From an uncultured Holophagales bacterium (lineage in GTDB: Bacteria; Acidobacteriota; Thermoanaerobaculia; Multivoradales; UBA5704), in assembly GCA_963842525.1 (NCBI GenBank), contig CAWJGT010000034.1:288001-352000 (forward strand): 64,000 nucleotides of DNA, written 5' to 3'. Shown piece by piece: positions 19,201 to 64,000 of the stretch. The translations under genes and the position numbers were made by a program. The notes under the pieces are model-generated. The model was not told the DNA's origin. It saw only the letters and a list, made by a program, of their open reading frames with translations, and did not search any database. How positions within the stretch are numbered: position 1 is the stretch's first letter; the number at the start of each line of letters is the position of its first letter.

Positions 19201-22200
19201 GGCTTGGCGCTCGGCTATCTGGGCATGCCGGAGCGGACGGCCGAGCGGTTCGTCCCCGATCCCTTTGGAGAACCGGGTGCGCGCATCTACCGCTCGGGCG
19301 ACCTGGCGCGGCGGCTGCCGCGTGACTTCAAGGGTGACCTGGAGTATCTGGGCCGCATCGATCACCAGGTCAAGATCCGCGGTTTCCGCATCGAGCTCGG
19401 GGAGATCGAGACCGCCCTCGCGCGGCACCCGGCCGTGCGCGAGGCCGTGGTGATGGTGCGCACTATCGGTGGGGATACCGGCGGCGAGAAGCAGCTCGTG
19501 GCCTACGTCGTGGCGGATCCTGCGCCGGACCTCGGCGAGCTGCGCTCCTTCCTGGCCGCGGACCTGCCCGACTACATGCTGCCCTCGGCTCTGGTGGTGC
19601 TGCCGGAGCTGCCGCTGACCGCCCACGGCAAGGTGAACCGCCAGGCCCTGCCCGAGCCCGAGCGGGCGCGACCCGAGCACGTCGCTCCTCGCACCGGGCT
19701 GGAGCGGCGGATCGCCGAGATCTGGCGCGGGCTGCTGGGAGTCGAGGCGGTCGGGCTGCACGACAGCTTCTTCGAGCTCGGCGGCAACTCCCTGCTCATG
19801 GCGCGCCTCCAGAGCCGCGTGGAAGAGGCCCTGGGCCGCCAGGTCGAGATGGTCGACCTGTTCAGCCATCCGACGGTCGGCTCGCTGGCCCGCTTCCTGA
19901 CCCAGGGCGAGGAGGCGCTCACCCCGGCGCCGGCGCCGCGGGAGCGGACCGGCCGCGAGATCGCCATCATCGGCATGGCGGGGCGCTTCCCCGGGGCGCA
20001 GGACGTCGAGCAGCTCTGGCAGAACCTCCTGGACGGCGTCGAGGCGGTCTCCTTCTTCACCGACGAGGAGCTGATCGCCGAGTCGAGCGTCTCTCCCGCC
20101 CTGCTCGCGGAGCCGAATTACGTACGCGCCGGGGTGGTGCTGGAGGACCCCGACCTCTTCGACGCCGCCTTCTTCGACCTCTCGCCACGCGAGGCGGAGA
20201 TCCTCGACCCGCAGCACCGGCTGCTGCTGGAGTGCGCCTGGCAGGCCCTGGAGCGGGCCGGTTACGCGGGCACGGACCGCACGGTCGGCGTCTTCGCCGG
20301 GGCCAGCCAGAGCAGTTATGCCTTGAACAACCTCCTGCCGAATCCGGAGCTCGTGGCCGCGGTCGGGGGCTTCGCTCTGAATCTGGCGAGCGAGAAGGAC
20401 TTCCTCGCCTCGCGCCTCTCCTACAAGCTCAACCTGGAAGGCCCCAGCTCCACGGTCCAGACCGCCTGCTCGACCTCCCTCGTGGCCCTGCACTTCGCCT
20501 GCCGCAGCCTGCTCGACGGGGATTGCGAGCTGGCCCTGGCCGGCGGCGTCTCGGTGCGAGCCCTGCAAAAAATCGGCTACCTGTACCAGCAGGGCGGCAT
20601 CAACTCGTCCGACGGCCACTGCCGGGCCTTCGACGCCCGGGCCGACGGCGCGATCGGCGGCCAGGGCGTCGGCATGGTCGTGCTGAAGCGCCTGGAGGAT
20701 GCGCTCGCCGACGGCGATCACGTCCATGCGGTCGTCAAGGGGACGGCGGTCAACAACGACGGCTCGCTGCGGGCCGGCTTCACGGCGCCCCGGCGCGACG
20801 GACAGGCGAAGGTGATCCTCGCGGCGCAGGAGCGGGCGCAGGTGGACCCCGAGGCGATCGGCTACGTCGAGACCCACGGCACCGCCACGTCCCTGGGCGA
20901 TCCGATCGAGGTCGCGGCCCTGACCAAGGCCTTCCGGCAGAAGACCGAAAAACGCGGCTTCTGCGCCCTCGGCTCGATCAAGACCAACATCGGTCACCTC
21001 GATGCCGCGGCCGGCGTGGCCGGGCTCATCAAGGCCACCCTGGTGGTCGAACGGGGAGAGATCCCGCCCAGCCTGCACTTCGAGAGGCCCAACCCGCAGA
21101 TCGACTTCGCGTCGAGCCCCTTCTTCGTGGCCTCGCAGCGCTGTGCCTGGCGGCCGGACGGGATGCCGCGCCGGGCCGGCGTGAGCGCCTTCGGCATGGG
21201 CGGGACCAACGCCCACGTGATCCTGGAGGAGGCGCCGCCGGCCGCGCCGGCCGGCCCGTCGCGGCCCTGGCAGGTCCTGTCGTTCTCGGCCCGCACGCCC
21301 GCGGCCCTGGAGCGGATGACGGACGAGCTGTCGGCCCACCTCACGGCCCATCCCGAAAAGGATCTGGCGGACATCGCTTTCACCCTGCGCGTCGGTCGCC
21401 GCGCGTTCCGCCACCGGCGCGCCCTGGTGGCTGCGACGGCCGCCGAGGCGGCCGAGGCGCTGGCGGTGCGCGACCCGCGGCGGGTCTGGACGACCGAGCA
21501 GGAGCCTGGCGGCCGGCCCGTCGCCTTCCTGCTCCCCGGCGTCGGCGATCACTACGCCGGCATGGCCGCGGGGCTCTATCACGCCGAGCCGGTGTTCCGG
21601 CAGGAGATCGACCGCTGCGCCGAGCTCCTGCTGCCCGAGCTCGGGATCGACCTGCGGCAGATCCTCTTCGCGGAGAGCGAGACGGAGGGCGAACGAAAGG
21701 GGTTGGACCTGCGCGCGATGTTGCGGCCCGGTGCCCCGGCCGCGGGACCGCTCCACCAGACCCGGATCGCGCAGCCGGCCGTCTTCGCCGTCGGCTATGC
21801 GCTGGCGCGCCTCTGGATGTCCTGGGGCGTGCAGCCTCAGGCGCTGCTGGGGTACAGCCTCGGCGAGTACACCGCCGCCTGCCTCGCCGGGGTCCTGTCG
21901 CTCGCCGACGCTCTCGCGCTGGTGGCCCGGCGCGCACAACTGATCGACGAGCTGCCGCCGGGCGCCATGCTGGCCGTGCCGCTCTCCGAAGAGGAAACGA
22001 TGCGGCGCCTCGCGCCCGGCCTTGCGATCGCCGCGGTCAACGCGCCCTCCGTCTGCGTGGTCTCGGGGCCGCTGGAAGCTGTGGCCGCGCTGGAGGAGCG
22101 CCTGGAGCGCGAAGGCCTGCTCTGCCGGCGCATCCCGACCTCGCACGCCTTCCACTCCCCGATGATGGAGCCTGCCGCGGACGCCTTCCGCGAGCTGCTC

Positions 22201-24555
22201 CGCACGGTCGAGCTGCGCGCGCCGGAAATCCCCTACCCGTCGAACGTGACCGGCACCTGGGCCCGGGCCTCGGAGGTCACCGATCCCGAATACTGGGTCC
22301 GGCATCTGTGCCGGACCGTGCGCTTTGCCGACGGCGTCGCCGAGCTGTGGCGGGAGCCGGGGAGGGTCCTGCTGGAAGCCGGTCCCGGGCCGGCCCTGGG
22401 GAGCCTGGCGCTGCAACACCCGGCGAGCGCGGAGGCATCGCGCCCGGTCGCCCTGCCGTCGCTGCGCCACGAGCACGACCGGCAGGACGATCAGGCCTTC
22501 CTGCTCAAGACCCTGGGACAGCTCTGGCTGGCCGGCGTGGAGATGGACCCTGCCGCCCTGTACCAGGGCGAGCGGCGTCTGCGCGTGCCTCTCCCGACCT
22601 ATCCCTTCGAGCGGCAGCGCTACTGGATCGAGCGCCCGGCGGCACGGCCTGCCACAGAGCGCACAACGCATTCAACCGGAAAGATCGCCGACCCCGCCGA
22701 CTGGTTCCACGCCCCGTCGTGGAAGCTCGCCGTGCGGCCTCCAGTGCCCGGGGACCGCGGAGGCCGCTGGCTGGTCCTCGAAGACGGGCATCAAGATAGT
22801 ACGGGCGTGGGCTCCCGGCTGGTGGCGCGGCTGGAGGCCGAGGGATGCGACGTGATCGCCGTCCGCGCCGGCGCAGGGTTCGACTACGATGCCCTCTTCG
22901 CCGAGATCGGGCTGCCTGCCAGGATCGTGCACCTCCTCAGCCTGACCTCCGAGGTGAGGGAGCCCGACCCGGAGCTCTTCGATCAGGCGCAGGAGACCGG
23001 GTTCCACAGCCTGCTCGCGCTCGCCCAGGCACTCGGCAAGAGGAGGGGCTCCGGGGACCGCTGCGAGATCTGCATCGTCACCAACGGCCTCGCCGGCATC
23101 GAGCGGGGCGACCGGATCCAGCCGGAGAAGGCGACCCTCCTCGGCCCCCTGCGCGTGATCCCGCAGGAATACGGCCATCTCACCTGCCGGCTGATCGACG
23201 TCGATCCGAGCGAGGACCTGATCGAGGAGATCTGCGTGAAGGGCGCCGAGCCCATCGTCGCCCGGCGCGGCCAGCAGCGCTGGATCGCGGCCATCGAGCC
23301 CCTCCCCCTGGACGCGGGAAACTCCTGGCCAGGACCCCTGCGCCAGGGAGGGATTTACCTGATCACGGGAGGCTTCGGCGGGATCGGGAGCGCGCTCGCC
23401 GAGCATCTGGCGCGAACCGTTCAGGCGAAGCTCGTCCTCGTCGGCCGCACGCCGCGGCCGGATCTTGCGGGCCGCCTGGAGGAACTCGGCGCAGAGGCGA
23501 TGCTGTGCACGGCGGACGTCACCGATGCGCAGGAGATGCAGCGCGTGGTCGAGGAGGCGATCGCGCGCTGGGGACGGATCGACGGCGTCTTCCATGTGGC
23601 GGGCCTGCCGGGCGCCGGCCTCCTCCAGCTCAAGACCCGCGACGCCGCGGCCGAGGTGCTCGCCGTCAAGGCCCGGGGTGCGCTCGTCCTCCAGTCCGTG
23701 CTGCGCGGTCATTCGGTCGACTTCCTGGTGCTCTTCTCCGCCATGACCTCGCTCACCGGCGGCATCGGCCAGGTCGACTACTGCGCGGCCAACGCCTTCC
23801 TCGACGTCCTCGCCCAGAGCACCCAGGGCAACCGGCAGCGGGGAGGGGTGCCCACGGTCTCCGTCAACTGGTGCGAATGGCAGTGGGACAGTTGGACCGG
23901 GCAGGTCGGCGCGCTCAACCCCAGGATGCAGGAGACCCTCCAGCGGCAGCGCCAGGCCTACGGGCTGACCTTCGCGGAGGGCATGGAAGCGCTCGGCCGC
24001 GCCCTGGCGAGCGGCGCGCCGCAAGTGGTCGTCTCCACCCGCCAGCTCCAGGAGGTCCTCCAGCAGCAGCACTCGCTCGCCGAGATGCTCACGGTGCTGG
24101 ACCGGTCGGCCCAGCCGGGAGGGCACGGACGCCGGCACACCCGGCCGGCCCTGCCGACCCCGTACGCCCCGCCCGGAGACGAAACCGAGCGGCAGCTCGC
24201 CGATCTCTGGGGAGACCTGCTCGGGATCGAACAGATCGGCATCCACGACAACTTCTTCCTGCTCGGCGGCCATTCGCTGCTCGGGCTCCAGGTCATGACG
24301 CGCATCGACGAAGCCTTCCAGATCGAGCTGCCCCTGTCCGTCCTGTTCGAGGCTCCCACGGTTGCCGAGCTGGCGGCGGTGATCGCGGGGTCCGGGGAGG
24401 GCGGTGGCGGCGACGGCACGCCTGCGGCGCGTCGCACACCTGAAATCCGCAGAGTCGATCCGCTGAGCGCTCAGCGGATGCTGGAGAGCCTCGACGTCCT
24501 CTCGGAGGAGGAGATGGACCGGCTCCTCGCCGAAATGCAGGAGGAAGAGGTCTAG
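13200..24555 (+). CDS. Hybrid NRPS/PKS (~3784 aa after correcting one frameshift near 14361): C-A(Thr)-PCP-C(modAA)-A(Thr)-PCP-KS-AT-KR-ACP
   Basis: GTG 13200 overlaps the upstream TGA and follows GGAGG. The C domain reads in the 13200 frame to ~14360, then continues as HTPLFQVVFSLQN in the frame of ORF 14383..24555. A codes DFWSVGMVHK and DFWNIGMIHK (Thr). KS TACSTS; AT GYSLG/HAFH; KR GGFGGIG and DYCAAN. Stop TAG 24553-24555. Confidence 0.92.
14383..24555 (+). CDS. Main uninterrupted segment of the third gene (end of C, then A-PCP-C-A-PCP-KS-AT-KR-ACP)
   Basis: 3390 aa ORF that begins mid-C domain, so it is the downstream part of the gene starting at 13200. Confidence 0.9.
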   Translation: MFSLQNVPVPAVGLPGGLSLRPLPAHSGTAKYDLNLSMTETPEGLAGSFEHSTDLFDPATIERLAGHLRVLLEGIVEDPDLRLSALPLLTPDERDRIAAWSAAGHRWTVAGNLHERFAAQAARTPGALAVTMRGGESLTYRELADRASRLARHLRALGVGPESRVGLLAERSPALVVGILGVLEAGGAYLPLDPAHPDERLLYMLRDAGAGPVVVDPALAERATALDGAARLVLLGTDTDSHGLPPTRTEPEHPAYVIYTSGSTGRPKGVVVTHANVLRLFAATEGWFGFGPQDVWTLFHSYAFDFSVWEIWGALLHGGRLVVVPYLVSRSPEDFHRLLVEEGVTVLSQTPSAFRQLVHVEGSSRLALRSVVFGGEALDLPALAPWFERHGDREPRLVNMYGITETTVHVTYREIGQADTASPGSVIGRALPDLSVHLLGRHGAPVPVGVPGEIHVGGAGLARGYLGRPELTAERFVPDPFSGSNGARLYRSGDLARWRPDGDLEYLGRIDQQVKVRGFRIELGEIEAALAGHPGVREAAVLQGDDGRLTGYVVPREAPPRPADLRSHLEERLPDYMIPAGFVLLAALPLTANGKLDRRALLDQAPEAAAARGEDHAAPRTPAEELLAAVWQQVLGLDQVGIRDNFFALGGDSIRSIQVLSLAQERGLSLSVQDIFQHQTIADLAAALAAAAEEKAAGPEDGEPLWVLSDEERSRLPQDVEDAYPLTGLQAGMLFHMRLAPGEALYHNVNSWHLQGQLDLAALQDAVDRVVARHAVLRTSFDLSAPAEPLQRVHRTAALPVGGGDLRHLNPEQQEEAIADYVQRERRRPFDFAHPPQIRFHVHRRSDDSFQFTLTENHAIFDGWSLHSTLTEIFRDYTARLHGQPLPPEPPPAVAFRDFVMLERAARRAEETRAFWARQVAGAPFGGLPRWPVERERGGMGTGTGTVTRVLAPELVARLKAVAREAAVPFKSLLLAVHARVMAAASGEEDVVTGFVVNGRPESRGGEEVRGLFLNSVPLRPGLARARSWRELVRAAFAAEWEMLPHRRYPLIAIQDDAGGRPLFETAFNYIHFHVAEAISRPGGLAVLSSRRSEGNNLVLMVNFDQTATGAAGLVLGLDYHAAELARPQVETIAGMFLRASTALVEDPDADAFAASLLSDEEREPLAAWSAAGPSPPVFCLHDRFAARVAADPDAPAVTYEGETLSYGELSRRADRLAQVLCSWGIGPGELVGLCLERSAELVVAILGVLKTGAAYMPVDPDYPGERIARLLEDSGVPVLLTRTSLAERLPALSCRLLLLDRERPARDPVPLPRDPLRLPHDPLPLPHDPLPLPHDPLPLPHDPLPLPHDPVPLPHDPVRLPHDPAPLPHDPAPPPHDRERLPLDLPRARPEDPAYVIYTSGSTGTPKGVVVSHANVARLFAATDSWFGFGRGDVWTLFHSCAFDFSVWEIWGALLYGGRLVVVPYWVSRSPKAFYDLLRRERVTVLNQTPSAFRQLVWAEEEALGDREPDLALRTVIFGGEALDLASLAPWFARHGDRRPELVNMYGITETTIHVTYRLLRTEDVEAARGSVIGRAIPDLSLHVLDAAFHPAPIGVPGEICVGGAGLALGYLGMPERTAERFVPDPFGEPGARIYRSGDLARRLPRDFKGDLEYLGRIDHQVKIRGFRIELGEIETALARHPAVREAVVMVRTIGGDTGGEKQLVAYVVADPAPDLGELRSFLAADLPDYMLPSALVVLPELPLTAHGKVNRQALPEPERARPEHVAPRTGLERRIAEIWRGLLGVEAVGLHDSFFELGGNSLLMARLQSRVEEALGRQVEMVDLFSHPTVGSLARFLTQGEEALTPAPAPRERTGREIAIIGMAGRFPGAQDVEQLWQNLLDGVEAVSFFTDEELIAESSVSPALLAEPNYVRAGVVLEDPDLFDAAFFDLSPREAEILDPQHRLLLECAWQALERAGYAGTDRTVGVFAGASQSSYALNNLLPNPELVAAVGGFALNLASEKDFLASRLSYKLNLEGPSSTVQTACSTSLVALHFACRSLLDGDCELALAGGVSVRALQKIGYLYQQGGINSSDGHCRAFDARADGAIGGQGVGMVVLKRLEDALADGDHVHAVVKGTAVNNDGSLRAGFTAPRRDGQAKVILAAQERAQVDPEAIGYVETHGTATSLGDPIEVAALTKAFRQKTEKRGFCALGSIKTNIGHLDAAAGVAGLIKATLVVERGEIPPSLHFERPNPQIDFASSPFFVASQRCAWRPDGMPRRAGVSAFGMGGTNAHVILEEAPPAAPAGPSRPWQVLSFSARTPAALERMTDELSAHLTAHPEKDLADIAFTLRVGRRAFRHRRALVAATAAEAAEALAVRDPRRVWTTEQEPGGRPVAFLLPGVGDHYAGMAAGLYHAEPVFRQEIDRCAELLLPELGIDLRQILFAESETEGERKGLDLRAMLRPGAPAAGPLHQTRIAQPAVFAVGYALARLWMSWGVQPQALLGYSLGEYTAACLAGVLSLADALALVARRAQLIDELPPGAMLAVPLSEEETMRRLAPGLAIAAVNAPSVCVVSGPLEAVAALEERLEREGLLCRRIPTSHAFHSPMMEPAADAFRELLRTVELRAPEIPYPSNVTGTWARASEVTDPEYWVRHLCRTVRFADGVAELWREPGRVLLEAGPGPALGSLALQHPASAEASRPVALPSLRHEHDRQDDQAFLLKTLGQLWLAGVEMDPAALYQGERRLRVPLPTYPFERQRYWIERPAARPATERTTHSTGKIADPADWFHAPSWKLAVRPPVPGDRGGRWLVLEDGHQDSTGVGSRLVARLEAEGCDVIAVRAGAGFDYDALFAEIGLPARIVHLLSLTSEVREPDPELFDQAQETGFHSLLALAQALGKRRGSGDRCEICIVTNGLAGIERGDRIQPEKATLLGPLRVIPQEYGHLTCRLIDVDPSEDLIEEICVKGAEPIVARRGQQRWIAAIEPLPLDAGNSWPGPLRQGGIYLITGGFGGIGSALAEHLARTVQAKLVLVGRTPRPDLAGRLEELGAEAMLCTADVTDAQEMQRVVEEAIARWGRIDGVFHVAGLPGAGLLQLKTRDAAAEVLAVKARGALVLQSVLRGHSVDFLVLFSAMTSLTGGIGQVDYCAANAFLDVLAQSTQGNRQRGGVPTVSVNWCEWQWDSWTGQVGALNPRMQETLQRQRQAYGLTFAEGMEALGRALASGAPQVVVSTRQLQEVLQQQHSLAEMLTVLDRSAQPGGHGRRHTRPALPTPYAPPGDETERQLADLWGDLLGIEQIGIHDNFFLLGGHSLLGLQVMTRIDEAFQIELPLSVLFEAPTVAELAAVIAGSGEGGGGDGTPAARRTPEIRRVDPLSAQRMLESLDVLSEEEMDRLLAEMQEEEV
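18298..18528 (+). repeat. In-frame 21-bp tandem repeat (consensus CCGCACGACCCCCTGCCGCTG, ~11 copies) encoding (PHDPLPL)n inside a Thr A domain
   Basis: Directly visible at 18298-18528: four perfect central copies with degenerate edge copies. GACCGTGAGCG (DRER) occurs at both ends. Confidence 0.95.
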
Positions 24556-24557
24556 GT

Positions 24558-60393
<35,836 letters not shown>

Positions 60394-60397
<4 letters not shown>

Positions 60398-63300
60398 CCA
60401 GCACCCTCGAGCTCTCCGACAAGCGCAAGCTCCTGCTGGAGAAGCTGCTCCGCAAGCACGGAGTGGAGACCGGCACCCGCCCGGCCGTCGGGCGCCGCGC
60501 CGGCTCCGGCCCCGCTCCGCTCTCCTTCGGCCAGCAGCGCCTCTGGTTCCTCCACCAGCTCCAGCCCGCGAACACGGCCTACAACATCGCCGAGGCCGTG
60601 CGCCTCCTGCGCGGGGGTCTGGACGCCGCGGCCCTGGCGGGCGCCTTGACCGAGACGGCGCGCCGCCACGAGGTGCTGCGCACGGTGTACGCCATGATCG
60701 ACGGCGAGCCCCGGCAGATCGTCCAACCGCCGGCCCCCGTCCCGCTGCCCCGCGTCCTTCTGGCCGGGCTGCCGGCGCCTGACCGCGAGGCCGAGGCCGC
60801 GCGGATCGCCGCGACCCTGATCGCGGAGCCTTTCGACCTCGTCCGCGGCCCCGTGCTCCGCGCCGTCCTGGTGGAGCTCGACCGGGGCGACCACGTTCTC
60901 GTCCTCCTCCTCCATCACATCGCGACCGACGGCTGGTCCATGGGCCTCCTGGTGCGCGAGCTGACGCTGCTCTACGAAGCGCTCGGCACCGGCGCCCCCT
61001 CGCCGTTCCCAGAGCTGCCGCTGCAGTACTCCGACTTCGCCACCTGGCAGCGCGGCTGGCTCCAGGGCGAGACTCTGGAAGGCCAGCTCCGCTACTGGCG
61101 GGAGCGGCTCGCCGGCGCCCCCACCCGGCTCGCCCTCCCCGTCGACCGCCCCTGGCCGGCCGTCCAGACCTCGCGCGGCGCCCGCACACCGATCGCTGTC
61201 GGCGACAAGACGGCCGCGGCCCTCCGCGAGCTCGCCCGCGAGCACGGAGCCACGCTGTTCATGGCCCTGGCGGGCGGCCTGGCCGCGCTCCTCGCGCGCC
61301 TCACGGGCGAGGACGACCTCCTCCTCGGCACCCCCACCTCCGGCCGCGTCCGTCCGGAGCTCGAGGGGTTGATCGGCTTCTTCATCAACACCCTGGTGCT
61401 GCGCGCCGATCTCACGGGCAACCCCGGCGTCCCGGCGCTGCTCTCGCGGGTCCGGGAGACGGTGCTCGGCGCCGACGCCCACCAGGACCTCCCCTTCGAA
61501 CGGCTGATCGACGCCCTGGAGCTCCCCCGCGACCTGTCGCGCAACCCCCTGTTCCAGGCGATGCTCGCCTTCCAGAACCTCCCCCCGGTCGAGGAGCGGC
61601 CGGGCCGGCTCGCCGCGCTCCCCTTCCCCATCGCCGCGCACCAGGCCCAGTTCGAGCTGTACGTCTCGCTGGCCGACTCGCCGGGCGGTCTCTTCGGCCT
61701 CCTGGAGTACCGCACCGAGCTGTTCGACGCCAGCACCGCCCAACGCCTGGCCCGGTGGTTCGAGACCCTCCTGGCCGGGATGGCCCACGCCCCTTGGAGC
61801 TCCGTCGCGGAGCTTCCCCTGCTCTCCCCCACCGAGGAGCGGCAGCTCGTCCACGAGTGGAACGACACCGCCGTGGCGTATGCCTGGCCTCCAGAGCGCG
61901 GCGGCCTCCACCAACTGATCGCGGCGCAGGCGGCGCGCACGCCCGGCGCGGTCGCCGCGAGCTTCGAGGGGGAGAGCCTGACCTACGCCGAGCTGGACTC
62001 CCGGGCCAACCGCCTGGCCCGCCACCTGCGCTCCCTGGGCTGCGGACCGGAGACAAGGGTGGCCGTGGCCATGGAGCGCTCGCTGGAGCTGCTGGTCGCC
62101 CTCCTGGGCACCCTGAAGAGCGCCGCCGCCTATGTCCCTCTGGACCCCGACTACCCGCGGGAGCGCCTCGCCTTCATGCTGGACGACGCCCGGCCGGCCG
62201 TGCTCCTCACCCAGGAGCGGCTGCGGCCGGTCCTGCCGGAGACCCCGGAGACCACCGTCGCCGTCCTCTCCCTCCACCCCGACGGCCGCGAGTCCGCAGA
62301 CCACGACGGCTCCCCTCTGGATGAGGCGGTGGACGATCTCCAGCTCGCCTACGTCATCTACACCTCGGGCTCGACCGGCCGCCCCAAGGGCGCCATGGTG
62401 CAGCACGCCGCCATCCGCAACCGGCTGCTGTGGATGCAGGAGGCCTACGCCCTGGACCCGGCCGACACGGTGCTGCAGAAGACCCCCTACAGCTTCGACG
62501 TGTCGGTGTGGGAATTCTTCTGGCCGCTGCTCGCCGGCGCCCGCGTGGCCTTCGCCCGGCCGGGCGAGCACCGCGACCCCGCCGCCCTGGCGGCCCGCAT
62601 CGCCGCGGAAGGGACGACCGTGCTCCACTTCGTCCCCTCCATGCTCCAGGTGTTCCTGGAGGAGCCGGGGATCGACGGCTGCCGCTCGCTCCGCCGGGTG
62701 GTGGCGAGCGGCGAGGCGCTGACGCCGGGGCTGGTGCGCCGCTTCCACGAGCGCCTGCCGGGCGTGGCTCTGGAGAACCTCTACGGGCCCACCGAGGCCG
62801 CGGTCGACGTGACCTTCCACCCTTGCCCGCCGGGTCCGCCGGGAGATGCCGACCGCGCCGTGCCGATCGGGCGCCCCATCGCCAACACCCGCATCCACCT
62901 CGTGGACCGGGGCGGCCGCCCGGTGCCCCTGGGGGTCGCCGGCGAGCTGTGGATCGGCGGCGTCAACGTCGGCCGCGGCTACTTCGGCCGGCCGGAGCTG
63001 CACGGCCGAGAGGTTCGTCCCCGATCCCTTCGGAGCCCCGCAGGGATCTCGCGCCTACCGTACCGGGGACCTCGCCCGCCGCCGGCCGGACGGTATAGTC
63101 GAGTACCTGGGGCGGATCGATCACCAGGTCAAGCTGCGGGGCGTGCGCATCGAGCTGGGCGAGATCGAGAGCGCCCTGCTGCGCCACCCCGCAGTCCGCG
63201 AGGCCGCCGTGCTGCTGCGCGAGGACCGGGGCGTGCGCCGTCTGGTGGGTTACGTGGCCCCCCCGACGGCAGCCACCGCCGACGAGATCCGCCGTTTCCT

Positions 63301-64000
63301 CCTCGAGCGCCTCCCAGAGGCCATGGTCCCCGCCCGCTTCGTGGGGCTGGACACCCTTCCGCTGTCCCCCAGCGGCAAGCTCGACCGCCGGGCCCTCCCC
63401 GCCCCGGACACCGCGGTGGCCCTGGCCGAGACCGAATACGTACCGCCGGCCTCCCCCCTGGAAGAGATTCTGTCCGAGGTCTGGGGCGAGATCCTCGGCG
63501 TCTCCCGGGTGGGAGCCCGCGACAACTTCTTCGCCCTGGGCGGCGACTCGATCCTCAGCCTGCGGATGGTGGGCCGCCTGCGCGAGCGGGGGTTCGAGCT
63601 GAAGCTCCAGCAGGTGTTCCAGCACCAGACCGTGCGCGACCTGGCCCGCGAGATCGCGACCTCCCAAGGCGAAGCCGCCCCGGCCCGGACCGGCCCCTTC
63701 GAGCTGGTCTCCGCCGAGGACCGCGACGGTCTCCCGGCCGGGCTGGAGGACGCCTATCCCCTGGCCCGGCTCCAGGCCGGCATGCTCTTCCACAGCTCGT
63801 TCGACCCCGAGGCCTCGGTGTACCACGACATCTTCAGCGAACGGCTGCGCGGCCCCTTCGACGAGGCGGCGCTCCGCGGGTCCATCGCGCGGGTCATGGC
63901 ACGCCATCCGGTGCTGCGCACCTCCTTCGCAATCCACGGCTTCGGGGAGCCTCTGCAGCTCGTCCACCGCGAACCCCCCGTGCCCCTGGTGGTGGAGGAC
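60394..64000 (+). CDS. NRPS, 3'-truncated and absent from the ORF track (frameshift at ~63001): C-A(Ser)-PCP-C(modAA)...
   Basis: ATG 60394 overlaps the upstream stop (ATGA) and follows GAGGAAGGA. Manual translation gives [19 protein letters not shown]...[12 protein letters not shown]...[10 protein letters not shown] code DVWHVSLVDK and PCP GGDSIL, then [17 protein letters not shown]...YHDIFS...RHPVLRTSF...EPLQLVH. Confidence 0.92.

Noticed and set aside
15469-22671. Very long minus-strand ORFs (2400 aa here; also 39035..46201, 46119..51551, 51517..56625, 25452..28541 and 59935..63003)
   Set aside because: They are antisense shadows of GC-rich NRPS/PKS codons with no domain motifs; high GC suppresses stop codons in that frame.

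Overview
The whole 64 kb window is the interior of a very large, GC-rich hybrid NRPS/type I PKS cluster. It holds five co-directional + strand genes with overlapping or abutting stop/start codons; the first and last are cut by the window edges. No tailoring, regulatory, transport, RNA or mobile-element genes are visible. After correcting nine single-base frameshifts, I read 15 adenylation (A) modules and 4 PKS modules, with no E, Cy, MT or TE domain. The predicted order from hand-read Stachelhaus codes is: [ketide, KR+DH]-Gly-Gln(beta-OH?)-aromatic?-Thr(>Dhb)-Thr-[ketide, KR]-Ser(>Dha)-Cys-Ser-Dab/Dap-Ser-[ketide, unreduced]-Pro-like-Ala-[ketide, unreduced]-Pro-like-X-Ser(>Dha)-... Notable features: one reconstructed ~11,940 aa gene; three dehydrating-type (modAA) C domains, one joining Dha to Cys; a twice-repeated 'amino acid-beta-keto ketide-proline analogue' unit; a DH inserted inside a KR; an interface-type pseudo-C domain; GYSLG-type ATs; a 21-bp tandem repeat inside an A domain; and frameshifts clustered at AGCT, which suggests methylation-linked long-read errors. 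A soil Acidobacteriota (Thermoanaerobaculia-like) or myxobacterial origin is only a guess. Domain boundaries are approximate, and all substrate calls are predictions.
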